NCBI GenBank assembly: GCA_902778895.1
Contig: CACYZF010000010.1
Location: 174,482 to 238,481, forward strand
Direction: 5' to 3'
DNA: 64,000 nt
Origin: an uncultured bacterium
GTDB lineage: Bacteria > Verrucomicrobiota > Lentisphaeria > Victivallales > UBA1829
The position numbers and the translations under genes were made by a program. Of the stretch, positions 18,810 through 32,827 are shown piece by piece. The notes beneath the pieces were generated by a model that did no database searches, was not told the origin of the DNA, and saw only the letters and a program-made list of their open reading frames with translations. Numbering within the stretch: position 1 is the first letter of the stretch; each line of letters begins with the position of its first letter.

Positions 18810-21083
18810 TTATTTTTTGAGCTTGGCGGAGAGGAGCGCCTTGATCTCGTCGTTCGCGGCGGCGTCCACGATTTTCTGCGTGACCTTCACGTTCATGGCG
18901 AGCAGACGCTTGACCATGTCAACGTTTCCGGCGCGCGCGGCAAGCAGGACCGGGGTCTCGCCCGCCTTGTTCGGGAGGTCTTCCTTGACGCTGTAGTACA
19001 GGAGTTTGCGCACGGTCTCGTCGTCGGCGGTCGCGGCGCAGAGATGCAGCACGCTGTTGCCGTCCTTGTCGACGCCGTTCACGTTCGGCATCTTGTCGGC
19101 GAGGAACTTCACGATCTCGGGGTATTTCGCTCCGGCGATGAGGACGGTGGTGCCGTCGTTCGCGGTGGCGGCGAAGTTGGCTTTCTTGCTCACGAGGAAT
19201 TTCACGAGCGCGACGTTTCCGCTGAAGGCTGCGCAATGGAGCGGGGTGATGCCGCCCTTATCGGCGAGGTTGATCTCCGCCTTCTTTTCAAGCAGGAAAT
19301 TCACGGTGGAAGCCTTGCCGCGTTCGGCGGCGTAGAAGATCGGCGTGCGGCCGTTCTCGGCGATAGCGTTCACGTCCGCGCCGGCCTGGACCAGGTCCTT
19401 CACCATATCGAGGTTGCCGCGGGCGGCGGCCTGATGCAGCGGGGTGAGCCCGGCTTTCGTAGCGACGGTCGGATCCGCGCCGTATGTCACAAGGCTCTTC
19501 ACCATTTCATACGTGCCCATGCGTGCGGCGTCGTACAGCGGGGTCGCGCCGGACTTTTCGATCTGGGTGCGCGCGGTGCAGGCACGGACCTTCAGCAGGT
19601 AGGTGACGATCGATTCCTGTTTCTTCAGGACGGCGCAGTGGAGCAGCGACATGCCGGAATTATCCACGGCGTTCGGGTCGACCTTGCTCTTCCCGGCGCT
19701 GTCGAGGTTGCTCAGGATGGTGAAATTGCCGTTTTCGACGCAGTAGAACGCGGGCGTGCGGCCCTTCTCGTCCTTGCCGTTGACGTCGGCGCCTTCCTCG
19801 ATCATCCGGAACGCGTTTTCCCAGTCCTTTTCCTTCAGGTATCCGAACATCTCCTTGTTGAGCTTGGCGACGCGTTTCGCTTCCGCACGGGCGGCGGCGT
19901 TCGCTTCGTACTCGGCTCGGAGCTGGGCGATCTTCGCCTCGCGGTTCTTCACCGCCTCTTCGCGCATCTGGACGCGCTTCTCGCGTTCCTCGTCGTCAAT
20001 GCCTTCCTCGTCCGGATCGGGCGTTTCCTCAAGCGGGACCATTGCCTCGAAATCGGGCGGGACATCCTCCTCGTCCTCCGCTTTTTCGCCAGCCTTTTCT
20101 CCGGCTTCGCCGCCTTCCAGCGCGCCCTCCGCGGCGGCCATTCCGGCCTGGATGGCTTCGAGGATGGAGTCTTCGGAGATATTGAAGGTGATCACGGCGT
20201 CGTTGCCCTTGGTCTCGACATTCAGTTTTTCGAAGATCTTGGCGGCTTCGTTCGCGTTCTCCTCTTCGCCTTCCGTCGGGGTCAGCAGCAGCTTCACCGC
20301 TTCGAACTGGTCCACGAACTCACCGCGCGCCTTGGCGTCGTTGAACCGGGCGGTCAGGAAGAGGTCGATGGAGTTGTCCGCGCCGGACGCGATGCGGAAG
20401 ATGAAGCTCTTCATTTCTTCCGACTGGGACAGAAGCCCCTTGATCTGTTCAAGCTGGTCGTCCAGCCCCTCCGGGCCAGCCCCGCCGGCAAGGAATTTCA
20501 GGAAGCCCTCGCGGTCGATGGCGAGCGCGAAAATGGAGTCCTCGGCCTTCAGGGAGCGCACCAGCGCGGACGGGGCCTCGACTTCGGGGAGGAGCGCCGG
20601 TTTCGCGTCCATGTCATCGGTGAGGACGGCCTGGACATGGTCCTTGGAAACGATCATCAGGAAGAAGTGAGAGGAATTCTCCTCGTCCTTGATCTCGTAG
20701 ACTTCCGCGCCGTCGAATTCGACTTTCGCGGCAGTGTAATGCTCGTTCTCCGTCACAATTGACTTGAACTCATCGGACTTGCCGTTCGTGTTGGCGATCA
20801 GTCCGGCGCGGTGGTCCGCGGTGACGAAAACGACGAACTGCGCTTTCATGTCGTCCGCCTCGATCCCGGCGGATTTGAGCATCTCATTCACGTCGACGTC
20901 GAAGGCTTTCAGGATGGAGCCGAACGCAGGCGAGGCGAACAGGGTCTCGATATTCAGGTACAGCGCGCCCGCGACGTCCGACGGCACATAGGTGGTAACG
21001 GGTTCCACGCAGAACGCGGGTATCGAAGCAATCGCGAGAGCCAGGGAGACGGCTGCCGATTTGAAAGCAAGCTTGATGTTCAT
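18810..21083 (-). CDS. Secreted ankyrin-repeat protein (signal peptide, unknown N-terminal domain, acidic linker, ~9 ankyrin repeats)
   Basis: GRTPAFYC, GMSLLHCA, GATPLYDAA, GLTPLHQAA, GRTPIFYAA, GITPLHCAA, GNSVLHLCA, GETPVLLAA. Confidence 0.9.
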   Translation of the reverse strand: MNIKLAFKSAAVSLALAIASIPAFCVEPVTTYVPSDVAGALYLNIETLFASPAFGSILKAFDVDVNEMLKSAGIEADDMKAQFVVFVTADHRAGLIANTNGKSDEFKSIVTENEHYTAAKVEFDGAEVYEIKDEENSSHFFLMIVSKDHVQAVLTDDMDAKPALLPEVEAPSALVRSLKAEDSIFALAIDREGFLKFLAGGAGPEGLDDQLEQIKGLLSQSEEMKSFIFRIASGADNSIDLFLTARFNDAKARGEFVDQFEAVKLLLTPTEGEEENANEAAKIFEKLNVETKGNDAVITFNISEDSILEAIQAGMAAAEGALEGGEAGEKAGEKAEDEEDVPPDFEAMVPLEETPDPDEEGIDDEEREKRVQMREEAVKNREAKIAQLRAEYEANAAARAEAKRVAKLNKEMFGYLKEKDWENAFRMIEEGADVNGKDEKGRTPAFYCVENGNFTILSNLDSAGKSKVDPNAVDNSGMSLLHCAVLKKQESIVTYLLKVRACTARTQIEKSGATPLYDAARMGTYEMVKSLVTYGADPTVATKAGLTPLHQAAARGNLDMVKDLVQAGADVNAIAENGRTPIFYAAERGKASTVNFLLEKKAEINLADKGGITPLHCAAFSGNVALVKFLVSKKANFAATANDGTTVLIAGAKYPEIVKFLADKMPNVNGVDKDGNSVLHLCAATADDETVRKLLYYSVKEDLPNKAGETPVLLAARAGNVDMVKRLLAMNVKVTQKIVDAAANDEIKALLSAKLKK

Positions 21084-21480
21084 GGTATCGGTCTTTCTTT
21101 GGCTTGAGGTTAATCGTTTTCAGGGGGGACGAACACGCACGGCCGCACGGGCGCGGCGCAAAAAAAACGCGCGTGTCTTTACTGGTATTATACAGCGGAA
21201 ACGCGAAAAAAGCAAGCCCGAACGCCGAAAAAAACGTTTTTTCGCCGAAAAAAACGCATTCCGCGGCATTTCAGGCGGGGTGTTCCTCCGTGGATTCAGC
21301 ATGTGACGCGTGCCGGACCGAAGAAGAAAAGCCGTAGTCCTTCCCGCGCACACACGCATTCCCTCATTTTCCGCGTTTTCGTCCGCTTTCGATTTGACTT
21401 TTTCAGCAAACAGGCTATCTTTAATTCAATATGCATTTTTCGTGGGAAAAGAACAACGACGCGAAACAAGGAGTCTCTCA

Positions 21481-21795
21481 ATGGAGCAGTCCGCCTTCGT
21501 CATGAAGCTGAAACCCGGCGTGATTGAGGAATACAAACGCCGTCACGACGAGATCTGGCCCGAAGTCCTGAAAGCGCACACACTCGCCGGCATCCGCGAT
21601 TACTCCATCTTCTACGACCCGGAGACGCTGATGCTCTTCGCCGTGCGCCGCCTGACCGACGGCGAGACCACGGAGACGCTGAAGGAGGAAGCCTGCATCC
21701 GAAAATGGTGGGACTACAACGCCGACCTCATGGAGTGCAAGCCGGACAACGAGCCGTGTTCGCGCCCGCTTCGCCTCGTGTTCCACATGGACTGA
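21481..21795 (+). CDS. rhaM: L-rhamnose mutarotase
   Basis: AFVMKLKPG..EEYKRRHDEIWPE, GIRDYSIF, KWWDYNADLM, VFHMD; RBS AAGGAG. Confidence 0.92.
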   Translation: MEQSAFVMKLKPGVIEEYKRRHDEIWPEVLKAHTLAGIRDYSIFYDPETLMLFAVRRLTDGETTETLKEEACIRKWWDYNADLMECKPDNEPCSRPLRLVFHMD

Positions 21796-25197
<3,402 letters not shown>

Positions 25198-25220
25198 GCA
25201 TCCCTCCATCAAAAGACACG

Positions 25221-25256
25221 CCGGGAGCGTCCCGTTCGGGATGCTTCCGGTTTTTT
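25221..25256 (+). terminator. Intrinsic terminator after GH2
   Basis: CCGGGAGCGTCCCG-TT-CGGGATGCTTCCGG then T6. Confidence 0.75.
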
Positions 25257-25278
25257 CGTGTTCAAACGAAAACTGAAC

Positions 25279-27111
25279 TCACTTCCGGCGGGGCTTACTG
25301 CTGCCTCTCTGCCCGCCATGCTGTCCGCCGCGTTTCTCCCACCCGTTTTTCCGGTCGTTTCGCGGGCGTTTTCCTTCGTTATTACTGCCGCAGTGTGAGG
25401 GTCCGGCGTCGCGGTCGCGCCGGAGCATATCGCGCTGTCCGCGGCGTTCGGCGAGGCCCTTGTTGACCTGGATCGGCTGTCCGTCGGGCGTGGTCTCGGC
25501 GCAGTACATGGCGCAGCCCATGGTCATGGCAAGCGGGATGAAGTCCTGCACCTGCTTCGGGCTCCAGTGGTATTTCGCGAGGTAGGAATCGACCACGCGC
25601 ATGTGGCGCTCCGTGCAGCCGGGGAAGTTCGAGATGAAGTACGGGATCATGAACTGCTTCTTCCCGGTCGCGGCGTTCACGCGGTCGAAAATATCCTTGA
25701 ACTTGTCGAACACGCCCGCCTGTCCCTTCCGCATCAGGCGCAACACCTCGCCGTCGAGGTGTTCCGGCGCGACGCTGAGCTGGCCGCCCACGTGGTCGCG
25801 TATGATCTTTTCGGTCAGGCGTGGCTGGATCAGCGCGAGGTCGAGGCGGATGCCGGAGTTGATGAAAACGTGCTTCACGCCGGGGATGCGCTTGATGCGG
25901 TCGAGCAGGTCCATGAGCGGCTTCTCGTCCGCGTGATAGTTCGGGCAGATCGAGGGGAAGAGGCACGAGATGCGGCGGCACTTTTTGCATTTTTCCGGGT
26001 CGAACGGCCCGTGTCCGTAGATGTTGCCCGCCGCGCCGCCGATGTCGCTGATCGTGCCGTGGAAATACGGCTGTTTCGCGAGCTTTTCGATGCCGCGGAC
26101 GATGCTTTCCGGCGACCTCGAAACGAGGTGGTGGTTCTGATGCGACACGAGCCCGCAGAACGCGCATCCGCCGGGGCAGCCGCGCACCACGGGCACGGAG
26201 TCGCGGATCACGTCCCACGCCGGGATGCGCTCCTGGTAGCTCCAGTGCGGCAGGCCGGTGAACGGCAGTTCGCAGACATGGTCGAATTCGGCGGTGGTCA
26301 TCGGCGGGCGCGGCGGCTCGACCAGCAGGATGCGGCCGCGCGTCCGCTGGACCAGGCGACGACCGTTCCACGGGTTCATCTCCGCCTCGACGGTCTTCGT
26401 CTGGCGCATGATGGCATCCTTTTCGGCGGCGACCTCCTCGCAGGACGGCAGCACGACGCACGAATCGTCCGGCGTGAAGGCTTCGCTCTCGCGTCCGCCG
26501 AGGTAACGGCACGTGCCGCGGATGCCGTCGAGCGGCTGATTGTTTTTGATGCGTTCGAATACCTCAAGCATGGTGAGCTCGCCCATGCCGTAACACAACA
26601 GATCGGCTTTCGCGTCCACCAGCACGGAGGGACGCATCTTGTCCTGCCAGTAGTCGTAATGCGCCACGCGCCGCAGGCTCGCCTCGACGCCGCCCAGGAT
26701 CACGGGCAGCCCCGGGAACGCCTGCCGGACAAGCTGGCTGTAGACCACCGACGCGTGCGGCGGACACAGCCCCGTCTTCCCGCCCGGCGAATACATATCC
26801 TCGTGGCGCAGGCGGCGGCCCGCCGTGTAGAGCTTCACCATGGAGTCCATATTGCCGCTCGCCACGCCGCACCCGAGCAGAGGCCGCCCGAACGTCTTCA
26901 CGCTCTCGGGATCCTTCCAGTCCGGCTGCGCCACGATCCCCACGCGGTATCCGGCATCCAGCAGCACGCGCGCGATGAGCGGCGGACCGAACGTCGGATG
27001 GTCCACGTACGCGTCGCCGGTCACGATCAGGATGTCGATGGCATCCCAGCCGCGCGCCTCCATTTCCGCACGGGTCATCGGGACGAATGCTGTGAGTTCT
27101 TCACGGGTCAT
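25279..27111 (-). CDS. ygiQ: YgiQ family radical SAM protein
   Basis: TGDAYVDHP, AQPDW, GNMDSMV, GGVEASLRRVAHYDYW, RGCPGGCAFC, VAPEH, QVQDFIP; start MTREEL after AGGAG-like context. Confidence 0.92.
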   Translation of the reverse strand: MTREELTAFVPMTRAEMEARGWDAIDILIVTGDAYVDHPTFGPPLIARVLLDAGYRVGIVAQPDWKDPESVKTFGRPLLGCGVASGNMDSMVKLYTAGRRLRHEDMYSPGGKTGLCPPHASVVYSQLVRQAFPGLPVILGGVEASLRRVAHYDYWQDKMRPSVLVDAKADLLCYGMGELTMLEVFERIKNNQPLDGIRGTCRYLGGRESEAFTPDDSCVVLPSCEEVAAEKDAIMRQTKTVEAEMNPWNGRRLVQRTRGRILLVEPPRPPMTTAEFDHVCELPFTGLPHWSYQERIPAWDVIRDSVPVVRGCPGGCAFCGLVSHQNHHLVSRSPESIVRGIEKLAKQPYFHGTISDIGGAAGNIYGHGPFDPEKCKKCRRISCLFPSICPNYHADEKPLMDLLDRIKRIPGVKHVFINSGIRLDLALIQPRLTEKIIRDHVGGQLSVAPEHLDGEVLRLMRKGQAGVFDKFKDIFDRVNAATGKKQFMIPYFISNFPGCTERHMRVVDSYLAKYHWSPKQVQDFIPLAMTMGCAMYCAETTPDGQPIQVNKGLAERRGQRDMLRRDRDAGPSHCGSNNEGKRPRNDRKNGWEKRGGQHGGQRGSSKPRRK

Positions 27112-27373
27112 GGTCTTCGTTTCAGGAGAAGGACGACAGTTTATGATCGGGGTTCGGTTCGGACAGATAGCTTTTTCATAAAAATATACAGCCGAAACGT
27201 CAAATTGCAATCCCTTCGGCAGGAAAGCGCCGCGTCTTCGCGTCCGGACGTTCTTTCTTTTGAAAAAATATGGTTTGGAAGCCCTCTTTTTCCGGTTCCG
27301 GGGTTGCCTTTTTCCCGAATACGGTGTATTTTATTTGTTTGATATGAATTTTTCCACCTGAAAGGTATTCACT

Positions 27374-28171
27374 ATGCTGACACTTCTGATCTCCCTGATC
27401 ACTTCTCTGCTCGTCGGCGCCGTATCCTACCGCGGCCTGCCGACTTCCGCCGTCGTCGTCATGATGATCGCGGTCTTCCTCATCGTCCACATCATCATCT
27501 CGCTGCTTCTGCGCGTGCAGTCGAAGAAGATCAACGAGAAACTCCAGGCGCTGATGCTGGAGATCCAGCAGAAGATCCAGGGCATGCAGAACCGCATGAT
27601 GCACCGTCCCACGGGCAGCCCGAAACAGATGATGCAGATCCTGGAGCGCGAACAGCAGGCCGGGCTCGACCGTATGATCGAGGCGCTCGACCTGTACAAA
27701 CCGCTGTTCAAGTGGAGTTTCCTCATGAAGCGCCAGGTCAACACCATGAAGATGGCGTTCCTGTTCCAGCAGAAGAAGTTCGACGAGGTCGACGCGCTGC
27801 TCCCGAAGTGCATGTTCCTCGATCCTCAGAGCGTGACGATCAAGCTCGTCCGCATGTACAGAAACAACGATCCGAAGCTCGACAAGTTCTTCAAGACCCG
27901 CGTGCACCGGTTCAAGGGCGACAACGCCGTCATCCCGTACGCCGCGTATTCGTGGATGCTCGTGAAGCAGGACCGCGTGGAGGACGCCATCGCCGCGCTC
28001 ACCGACGCCCGCAAGCAGACCTCGAACGAGGTGCTGGAGAAGAACCGCGAATTCCTGCTGAACGGCAAGGTCAAGCAGTTCTCCAACGCCCCGCTCGCCG
28101 AAGCCTGGTATGCCCTCATGCTGGAGGAACCGAAGATGCCCCGCATCCAGCAGAACGTCCGCTACCGCTGA
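27374..28171 (+). CDS. Hypothetical membrane protein (2 N-terminal TM helices, helical/TPR-like body)
   Basis: Hydrophobic N-terminus, host-like codon usage, first gene of an apparent operon. Confidence 0.75.
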   Translation: MLTLLISLITSLLVGAVSYRGLPTSAVVVMMIAVFLIVHIIISLLLRVQSKKINEKLQALMLEIQQKIQGMQNRMMHRPTGSPKQMMQILEREQQAGLDRMIEALDLYKPLFKWSFLMKRQVNTMKMAFLFQQKKFDEVDALLPKCMFLDPQSVTIKLVRMYRNNDPKLDKFFKTRVHRFKGDNAVIPYAAYSWMLVKQDRVEDAIAALTDARKQTSNEVLEKNREFLLNGKVKQFSNAPLAEAWYALMLEEPKMPRIQQNVRYR

Positions 28172-28237
28172 CCGTCCGGCGCGCTCCGGATTCGACAAGC
28201 TCGAACTCGCAAAGTATTCCGACCGCGGGAGGCCGAC

Positions 28238-28681
28238 ATGGAAGACATCGAATGGAAAGACTCGCTCCTCCGGATCCTGGAAAAGGATTCCCGGTACGAC
28301 GCCCATGCCTACATCTTCATGAACAACGCCGTCTCCTACACCGTGAACAAGCTCTCCAAGCAGGGACGTCCGCTCGGCACGCGCCATGTGAGCGGCGCCC
28401 AGCTCATTCAGGGCATGCTCGAATACGCGGTCAGCACCTACATGTTTCTTGCGCCGGACATGCTCCGCTACTGGAACCTCCTCAGCGGACGCGACGCCGG
28501 CAACATCGTTTACAACCTCATCGAGGAAGGCGTGCTCTCCGCCGGCCCGAACGACCGCATCGAGGACTTCGACTGCGTGCCCGACCTGATCTACGTCACA
28601 CAGGAGATCGTGCGCCGCAGCTTCGGCAGCCGTCCCGCGCCGGCGTCCGATCCCGGCCCGCTTCCGGTCATCGACGTCTGA
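28238..28681 (+). CDS. Minf_1886-like PVC-restricted protein
   Basis: KDSRYDAHAYIF, RHVSGAQLI, W..DAGNIVYNLIE.G.L, DRIEDF pattern. Confidence 0.75.
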   Translation: MEDIEWKDSLLRILEKDSRYDAHAYIFMNNAVSYTVNKLSKQGRPLGTRHVSGAQLIQGMLEYAVSTYMFLAPDMLRYWNLLSGRDAGNIVYNLIEEGVLSAGPNDRIEDFDCVPDLIYVTQEIVRRSFGSRPAPASDPGPLPVIDV

Positions 28682-28720
28682 TCCGCGCGGCCGCCCTCCC
28701 CGGAAACGGGAGATCTTTCC

Positions 28721-31288
28721 ATGCCTGAAACCGCCCTGCCCCTGCTCGACCTCGTCCGCGAACACCGCCTCGCCAACGGCATCCGCGTTTTCCTCTGCCC
28801 CATGCCCGGCGTCCGCACGGTCAGCTGCAACGTCTGCGTGAACACCGGCAGCGCGTTCGAGGACGCCGACCTCGGCAGCGGCCTGTCGCATTTCCTCGAG
28901 CACATGATGTTCAACGGCACGAAAAGCTATCCTGGCGGCTCGGAGATCGCCGACCGCGTGAACGCCCTCGGCGGAAACCTGAACGCGTTCACCAGCCAGG
29001 ACCAGACCTTCTACTACATCAACCTCCCCGCCGCGAACGCCGTCGAGGGCGTCCGCATGCTCGCGTCCATGATGCGCGAACCGCTCTTCCCCGAGGACGA
29101 ATTCGCCCGCGAGAAGGACGTGATCCTGAACGAAAGCCGCATGCGCCTGGACAATCCCCGCCTCGCCGTCTACGAGAACATGCTCGGCGAACTCTTCCGC
29201 GGCAGTCCGTACCGCGTGCCGATCATCGGCTACGACCATATGCTCAAGTCCGTCACGCGCGAGCAGATGGCGGCGTACCACCGCAGACGCTACACGCCCG
29301 AACGCATGACGTTCTTCATCGCCGGGCGGTTCGACGCGGACGCCGTGCTCGCGGAACTCCGCGCGAAGCTCGAAGACTGGCAGACCGATTCCTTCGACGA
29401 CACCGTCCCCGCGCGCCCGTTCAGGCGTTCCGGCCGCCACACGGCCGAACTGACATGGAAGGACTCACTGGCGTATCTGGCGTTCGGCTGGCAGCTGCAC
29501 GACCTCGACGCGCGCGCAAACGCAGCGCTGCGCGTACTGGCGTTCCTGCTCGACGACGACTCCGGGCGCGTCTACCGCGCCATGCATATCGAAAATGAGC
29601 TGATTTCGAGCTCGTGGGCGGATTATCTGATGTTCCAGGACGGTCAGGGATTCTTCTTCACGGCGTTCGAGGGCGATCCCGCGAAGCTCGACGCGATGCA
29701 GGCGGGGTTCCTCGACGTGCTCAACGATTTCAAAAAGCATCCCGTCACGAAACGCGAGATCGAACGCGCCCGCGCCGCCGTCGAATGCGAGATCCTCAGC
29801 CGATTCGAAACCCCGTCCGGGTTCGCCGCGCTGCTCTCCGGCGCGGTCCGCATCAACGGCAGCTGCGACCTCCAGTCTATGCTGCGCGACCTCGACGCCG
29901 TCACGCCGGACGACGTGATGGAAATCCTCGGCGCGATGCTCTCGCCCGACGACGTCACCTGCGTCCGCATGGCCCCCGCGGATGAGGCAAAGAAGGCCGC
30001 CAAGAAGAAGGCCGCGCCCGCCCTGCCCCGTCCGGTCGTCGAGACCGCGAAATCCGGCCAGACCGTACTGCTCCTGGAGGACCGTTCGCGGACGATGGCG
30101 GAGATCACGCTCGTGCTGCCCTGCGCGGCGGCGTTCGAGTCCGCCCCGGAAAGCCTCTTCTCGCGCCTCGTTTCCGAGACGCTTTTCTGCGGCGCGGGGG
30201 CATATGATGAGGTGAAGCTGAACGAATATCTCGCCGACTATGCCATTGAAGCCGACTGCACCGCGGGCAACAATTCCATGTTCCTCTCGCTTCAATTCCC
30301 GCTCAGGAGCTTCCGCCGAGCCGTCAGAATCGCCGCGCTCCTCGCAGGCGATCCGAAGTTCCCCGCCGATGCCGTCGAACGCGAAAAAGTGAACTTGATC
30401 CGCGAGATCGAGAGCTCGCTGCTCCAGCCCGACACGGTCGCGTTCGCGCGCCTGAAGGAACACCTTTTCGGCGCGGCGCATCCCTACGGACGCAGCCCGG
30501 AAGCCTCGCTCGCCGCGCTCAAAAAAGCATCGGCCTCGAAGCTGAAGGATTTCTACCTCAAACGTGTGCTCGCCGCGCCGTCCGCGTGTCTGGCGTTTTC
30601 CGGTGCGATCACACAGAAACAGGCCCGCGAAGCCGCACAGGAGATCTTCTCCGCCGGACGCTGGACCGCGTTCGCACCGAAACGCCCCGCGCCGCCCGCG
30701 ATGAACAAGCCCGCCGAACTCGAATTCGCGCTGGAACAGCGCAAGCAGGCGGTCGTGACCTGCGGATTCCGTTCGTGCGGCGTGGAGACCGCCGATCCCG
30801 CCTGGGACCTGGTGCTGAACGCCGAGAACGGCATGTCGGCGAAGCTTTTCAAGAAGGTGCGCGGCGAAAATGGCCTCGCGTACTGGACCGGATTCGTGCG
30901 CATGTACGGATTCGGCGCCGGAGTGTCGGCGTTCGCCGCCTCGACCGCGGACGAAAACGCGCGGGAAGTGCGCGGGTTGCTCCTCGACGAATTCCGCCGC
31001 CTCGCCTCGTCCGGGCTTGACAAAGATGAGTTCGACAGCGCCCTCGCGGCACAGAAATACGCGTTCGACGCCGCGCCGTCCGGATCTCTCGCGAAACAGT
31101 CCGCGCTCGAACAGTTCCTGACCGGGGACGCGCTTCAGCCATGGACACGCCGCGAACAGCTCGACAAGCTCACGCGGGCGGAAACAAACCGCCGCATAAA
31201 ACGCGACCTGAAGGGCGTGAAACCGTCCACGCTGATCGCGTATGCAAACGGGATTCCGACGGGCAAAAAAGCCGCGAAAAAGGCGTAA
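28721..31288 (+). CDS. M16 family zinc peptidase (two fused halves)
   Basis: LANGIRV, GS.FE...GLSHFLEHMMFNGT (inverted HxxEH), NAFTS, YTPERM; second half lacks the motif. Confidence 0.9.
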   Translation: MPETALPLLDLVREHRLANGIRVFLCPMPGVRTVSCNVCVNTGSAFEDADLGSGLSHFLEHMMFNGTKSYPGGSEIADRVNALGGNLNAFTSQDQTFYYINLPAANAVEGVRMLASMMREPLFPEDEFAREKDVILNESRMRLDNPRLAVYENMLGELFRGSPYRVPIIGYDHMLKSVTREQMAAYHRRRYTPERMTFFIAGRFDADAVLAELRAKLEDWQTDSFDDTVPARPFRRSGRHTAELTWKDSLAYLAFGWQLHDLDARANAALRVLAFLLDDDSGRVYRAMHIENELISSSWADYLMFQDGQGFFFTAFEGDPAKLDAMQAGFLDVLNDFKKHPVTKREIERARAAVECEILSRFETPSGFAALLSGAVRINGSCDLQSMLRDLDAVTPDDVMEILGAMLSPDDVTCVRMAPADEAKKAAKKKAAPALPRPVVETAKSGQTVLLLEDRSRTMAEITLVLPCAAAFESAPESLFSRLVSETLFCGAGAYDEVKLNEYLADYAIEADCTAGNNSMFLSLQFPLRSFRRAVRIAALLAGDPKFPADAVEREKVNLIREIESSLLQPDTVAFARLKEHLFGAAHPYGRSPEASLAALKKASASKLKDFYLKRVLAAPSACLAFSGAITQKQAREAAQEIFSAGRWTAFAPKRPAPPAMNKPAELEFALEQRKQAVVTCGFRSCGVETADPAWDLVLNAENGMSAKLFKKVRGENGLAYWTGFVRMYGFGAGVSAFAASTADENAREVRGLLLDEFRRLASSGLDKDEFDSALAAQKYAFDAAPSGSLAKQSALEQFLTGDALQPWTRREQLDKLTRAETNRRIKRDLKGVKPSTLIAYANGIPTGKKAAKKA

Positions 31289-31478
31289 ATCCGCCCCTTT
31301 TTCCCCGTCCGCGCCCCCTTTGCGGAAAAAAACTCAAAAAAAGTCAAAAAAAAGGCCGGACTTCATTTGAAATATCGGCTTTTTGCCTTACAATATATGG
31401 TGATGTTCTTTTTCGGGACATCAACCGCTACTACGTATTTTGAAATTCAAATAACTTTTTCCGGAGGTTTCACCCGTC

Positions 31479-32762
31479 ATGAATGCCAAGTTACGCATCG
31501 TCATCCCCGCGTCCGCCGCGGTCGCCACAATTCTCCTCACAGCCTGCGCCGACAAGCCCATCCGCGTCCCCGGCGGCACGTTCGTCGAAGAGCCCTACAC
31601 GGGTGAGACCACCACGAAAACCCACACCGTCATCTCCAACGGCGAAGAAATCACCGACACCGAGGTCATCTTCATCGACGACGAAGTCCCGGTCGGCCCG
31701 GTCGAAGACAAACCGCAGGCAGGCCAGCAGGGCGGCGACGCCTCCGCACAGCAGGGCGGCACAACCGAACTCCAGCCCGTCGAACAGGATCAGCAGCAGA
31801 CCGCGAAAAGCAACGCCCCCGAAGGCTCCGTGGAATACAAGGTAGTGAAGGGCGACACCCTGTGGGGCATCGGCATGGTCTACGGCGTTTCCGTGGCCCG
31901 CCTCGCCGAAATCAACGGCATCGACGAAAAGGCTCCGCTCAAGGTCGGCCAGGTCCTCATGATCCCGCCGGACGCCAAGAACGCCGTCGGCAAGCCCGTC
32001 GAGAAGAAACAGGAGAAGAAGCAGGAAACAAAACCCGCGACCACCTCCACCGCGACCACGACGAAGCCCGCCACAGCCACAAAGGCGCAGCCCGTCACGA
32101 AAGACGGGGAAACCCTCTACGTCGTGAAGAGCGGCGACAACCTCAGCATGATCGCGTACCGCCACCACGTGAAGCTCGCCGACCTCGTCGCGGCGAACAA
32201 GATCGATCCGAAGGCCACGCTCCGCGTCGGCCAGACGCTTGTCATCCCGGCCGCCGGCGCCAAGGCCGCTTCCACCACGAAGACCGCCACGACCACCACG
32301 AAGACGGATTCCGGCACGAAGACCGCGACCACCACGAAGACCGATTCCGGCACGAAGACCGCCGCCACCACGTCCGCCACGACGAAGACCGATTCCGGCA
32401 CGAAGACCGCGACCACCACGCCCGCCACACCCGCCACGACGACGAAGGGCGGCGAAGGCACGGGCGGGGTCGTCGAACCCATCGGCGGCTCCATGAGCGG
32501 CTCCGCGTCCGCCTCAACCTCGACGCCCGCGGCGACCACCACCACGAAGCCAACGGCAAGCTCCGCTTCCTCCGGTCTCGCGTCCGTCTCCGCGCTTGAC
32601 GACGCCGACGTCATCTCCGTACAGATCGACTCCGAGTCCACGCTCGAAGAAGTCGCGAACATCCACGACCGCAACCTCGAAGACCTGATCCGCCTGAACC
32701 CCGAGTTCAAGTCCGGACAGAAGATCCCCGCCGGAACGGCCGTCAAAATGCCGCTTTTCTGA
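31479..32762 (+). CDS. LysM peptidoglycan-binding lipoprotein with Thr/Lys-rich linker
   Basis: Lipobox LTAC; YKVVKGDTLWGI, YVVKSGDNLSMIA, third degenerate LysM at the C-terminus. Confidence 0.9.
   Translation: MNAKLRIVIPASAAVATILLTACADKPIRVPGGTFVEEPYTGETTTKTHTVISNGEEITDTEVIFIDDEVPVGPVEDKPQAGQQGGDASAQQGGTTELQPVEQDQQQTAKSNAPEGSVEYKVVKGDTLWGIGMVYGVSVARLAEINGIDEKAPLKVGQVLMIPPDAKNAVGKPVEKKQEKKQETKPATTSTATTTKPATATKAQPVTKDGETLYVVKSGDNLSMIAYRHHVKLADLVAANKIDPKATLRVGQTLVIPAAGAKAASTTKTATTTTKTDSGTKTATTTKTDSGTKTAATTSATTKTDSGTKTATTTPATPATTTKGGEGTGGVVEPIGGSMSGSASASTSTPAATTTTKPTASSASSGLASVSALDDADVISVQIDSESTLEEVANIHDRNLEDLIRLNPEFKSGQKIPAGTAVKMPLF
32275..32420 (+). repeat. Coding tandem repeats (TTKTDSGTKTA x3)
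   Basis: ACGAAGACSGATTCCGGCACGAAGACCGC recurs three times. Confidence 0.8.
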
Positions 32763-32781
32763 GCGCAGGCCTCACGAATCC

Positions 32782-32816
32782 GCGATCCGCAAAATCTTTT
32801 GCGGGTCGCTTTTTTT
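32782..32816 (+). terminator. Intrinsic terminator after the LysM gene
   Basis: GCGATCCGCAAAA-TC-TTTTGCGGGTCGC then T7. Confidence 0.75.
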
Positions 32817-32827
32817 AAGACTGTTTC

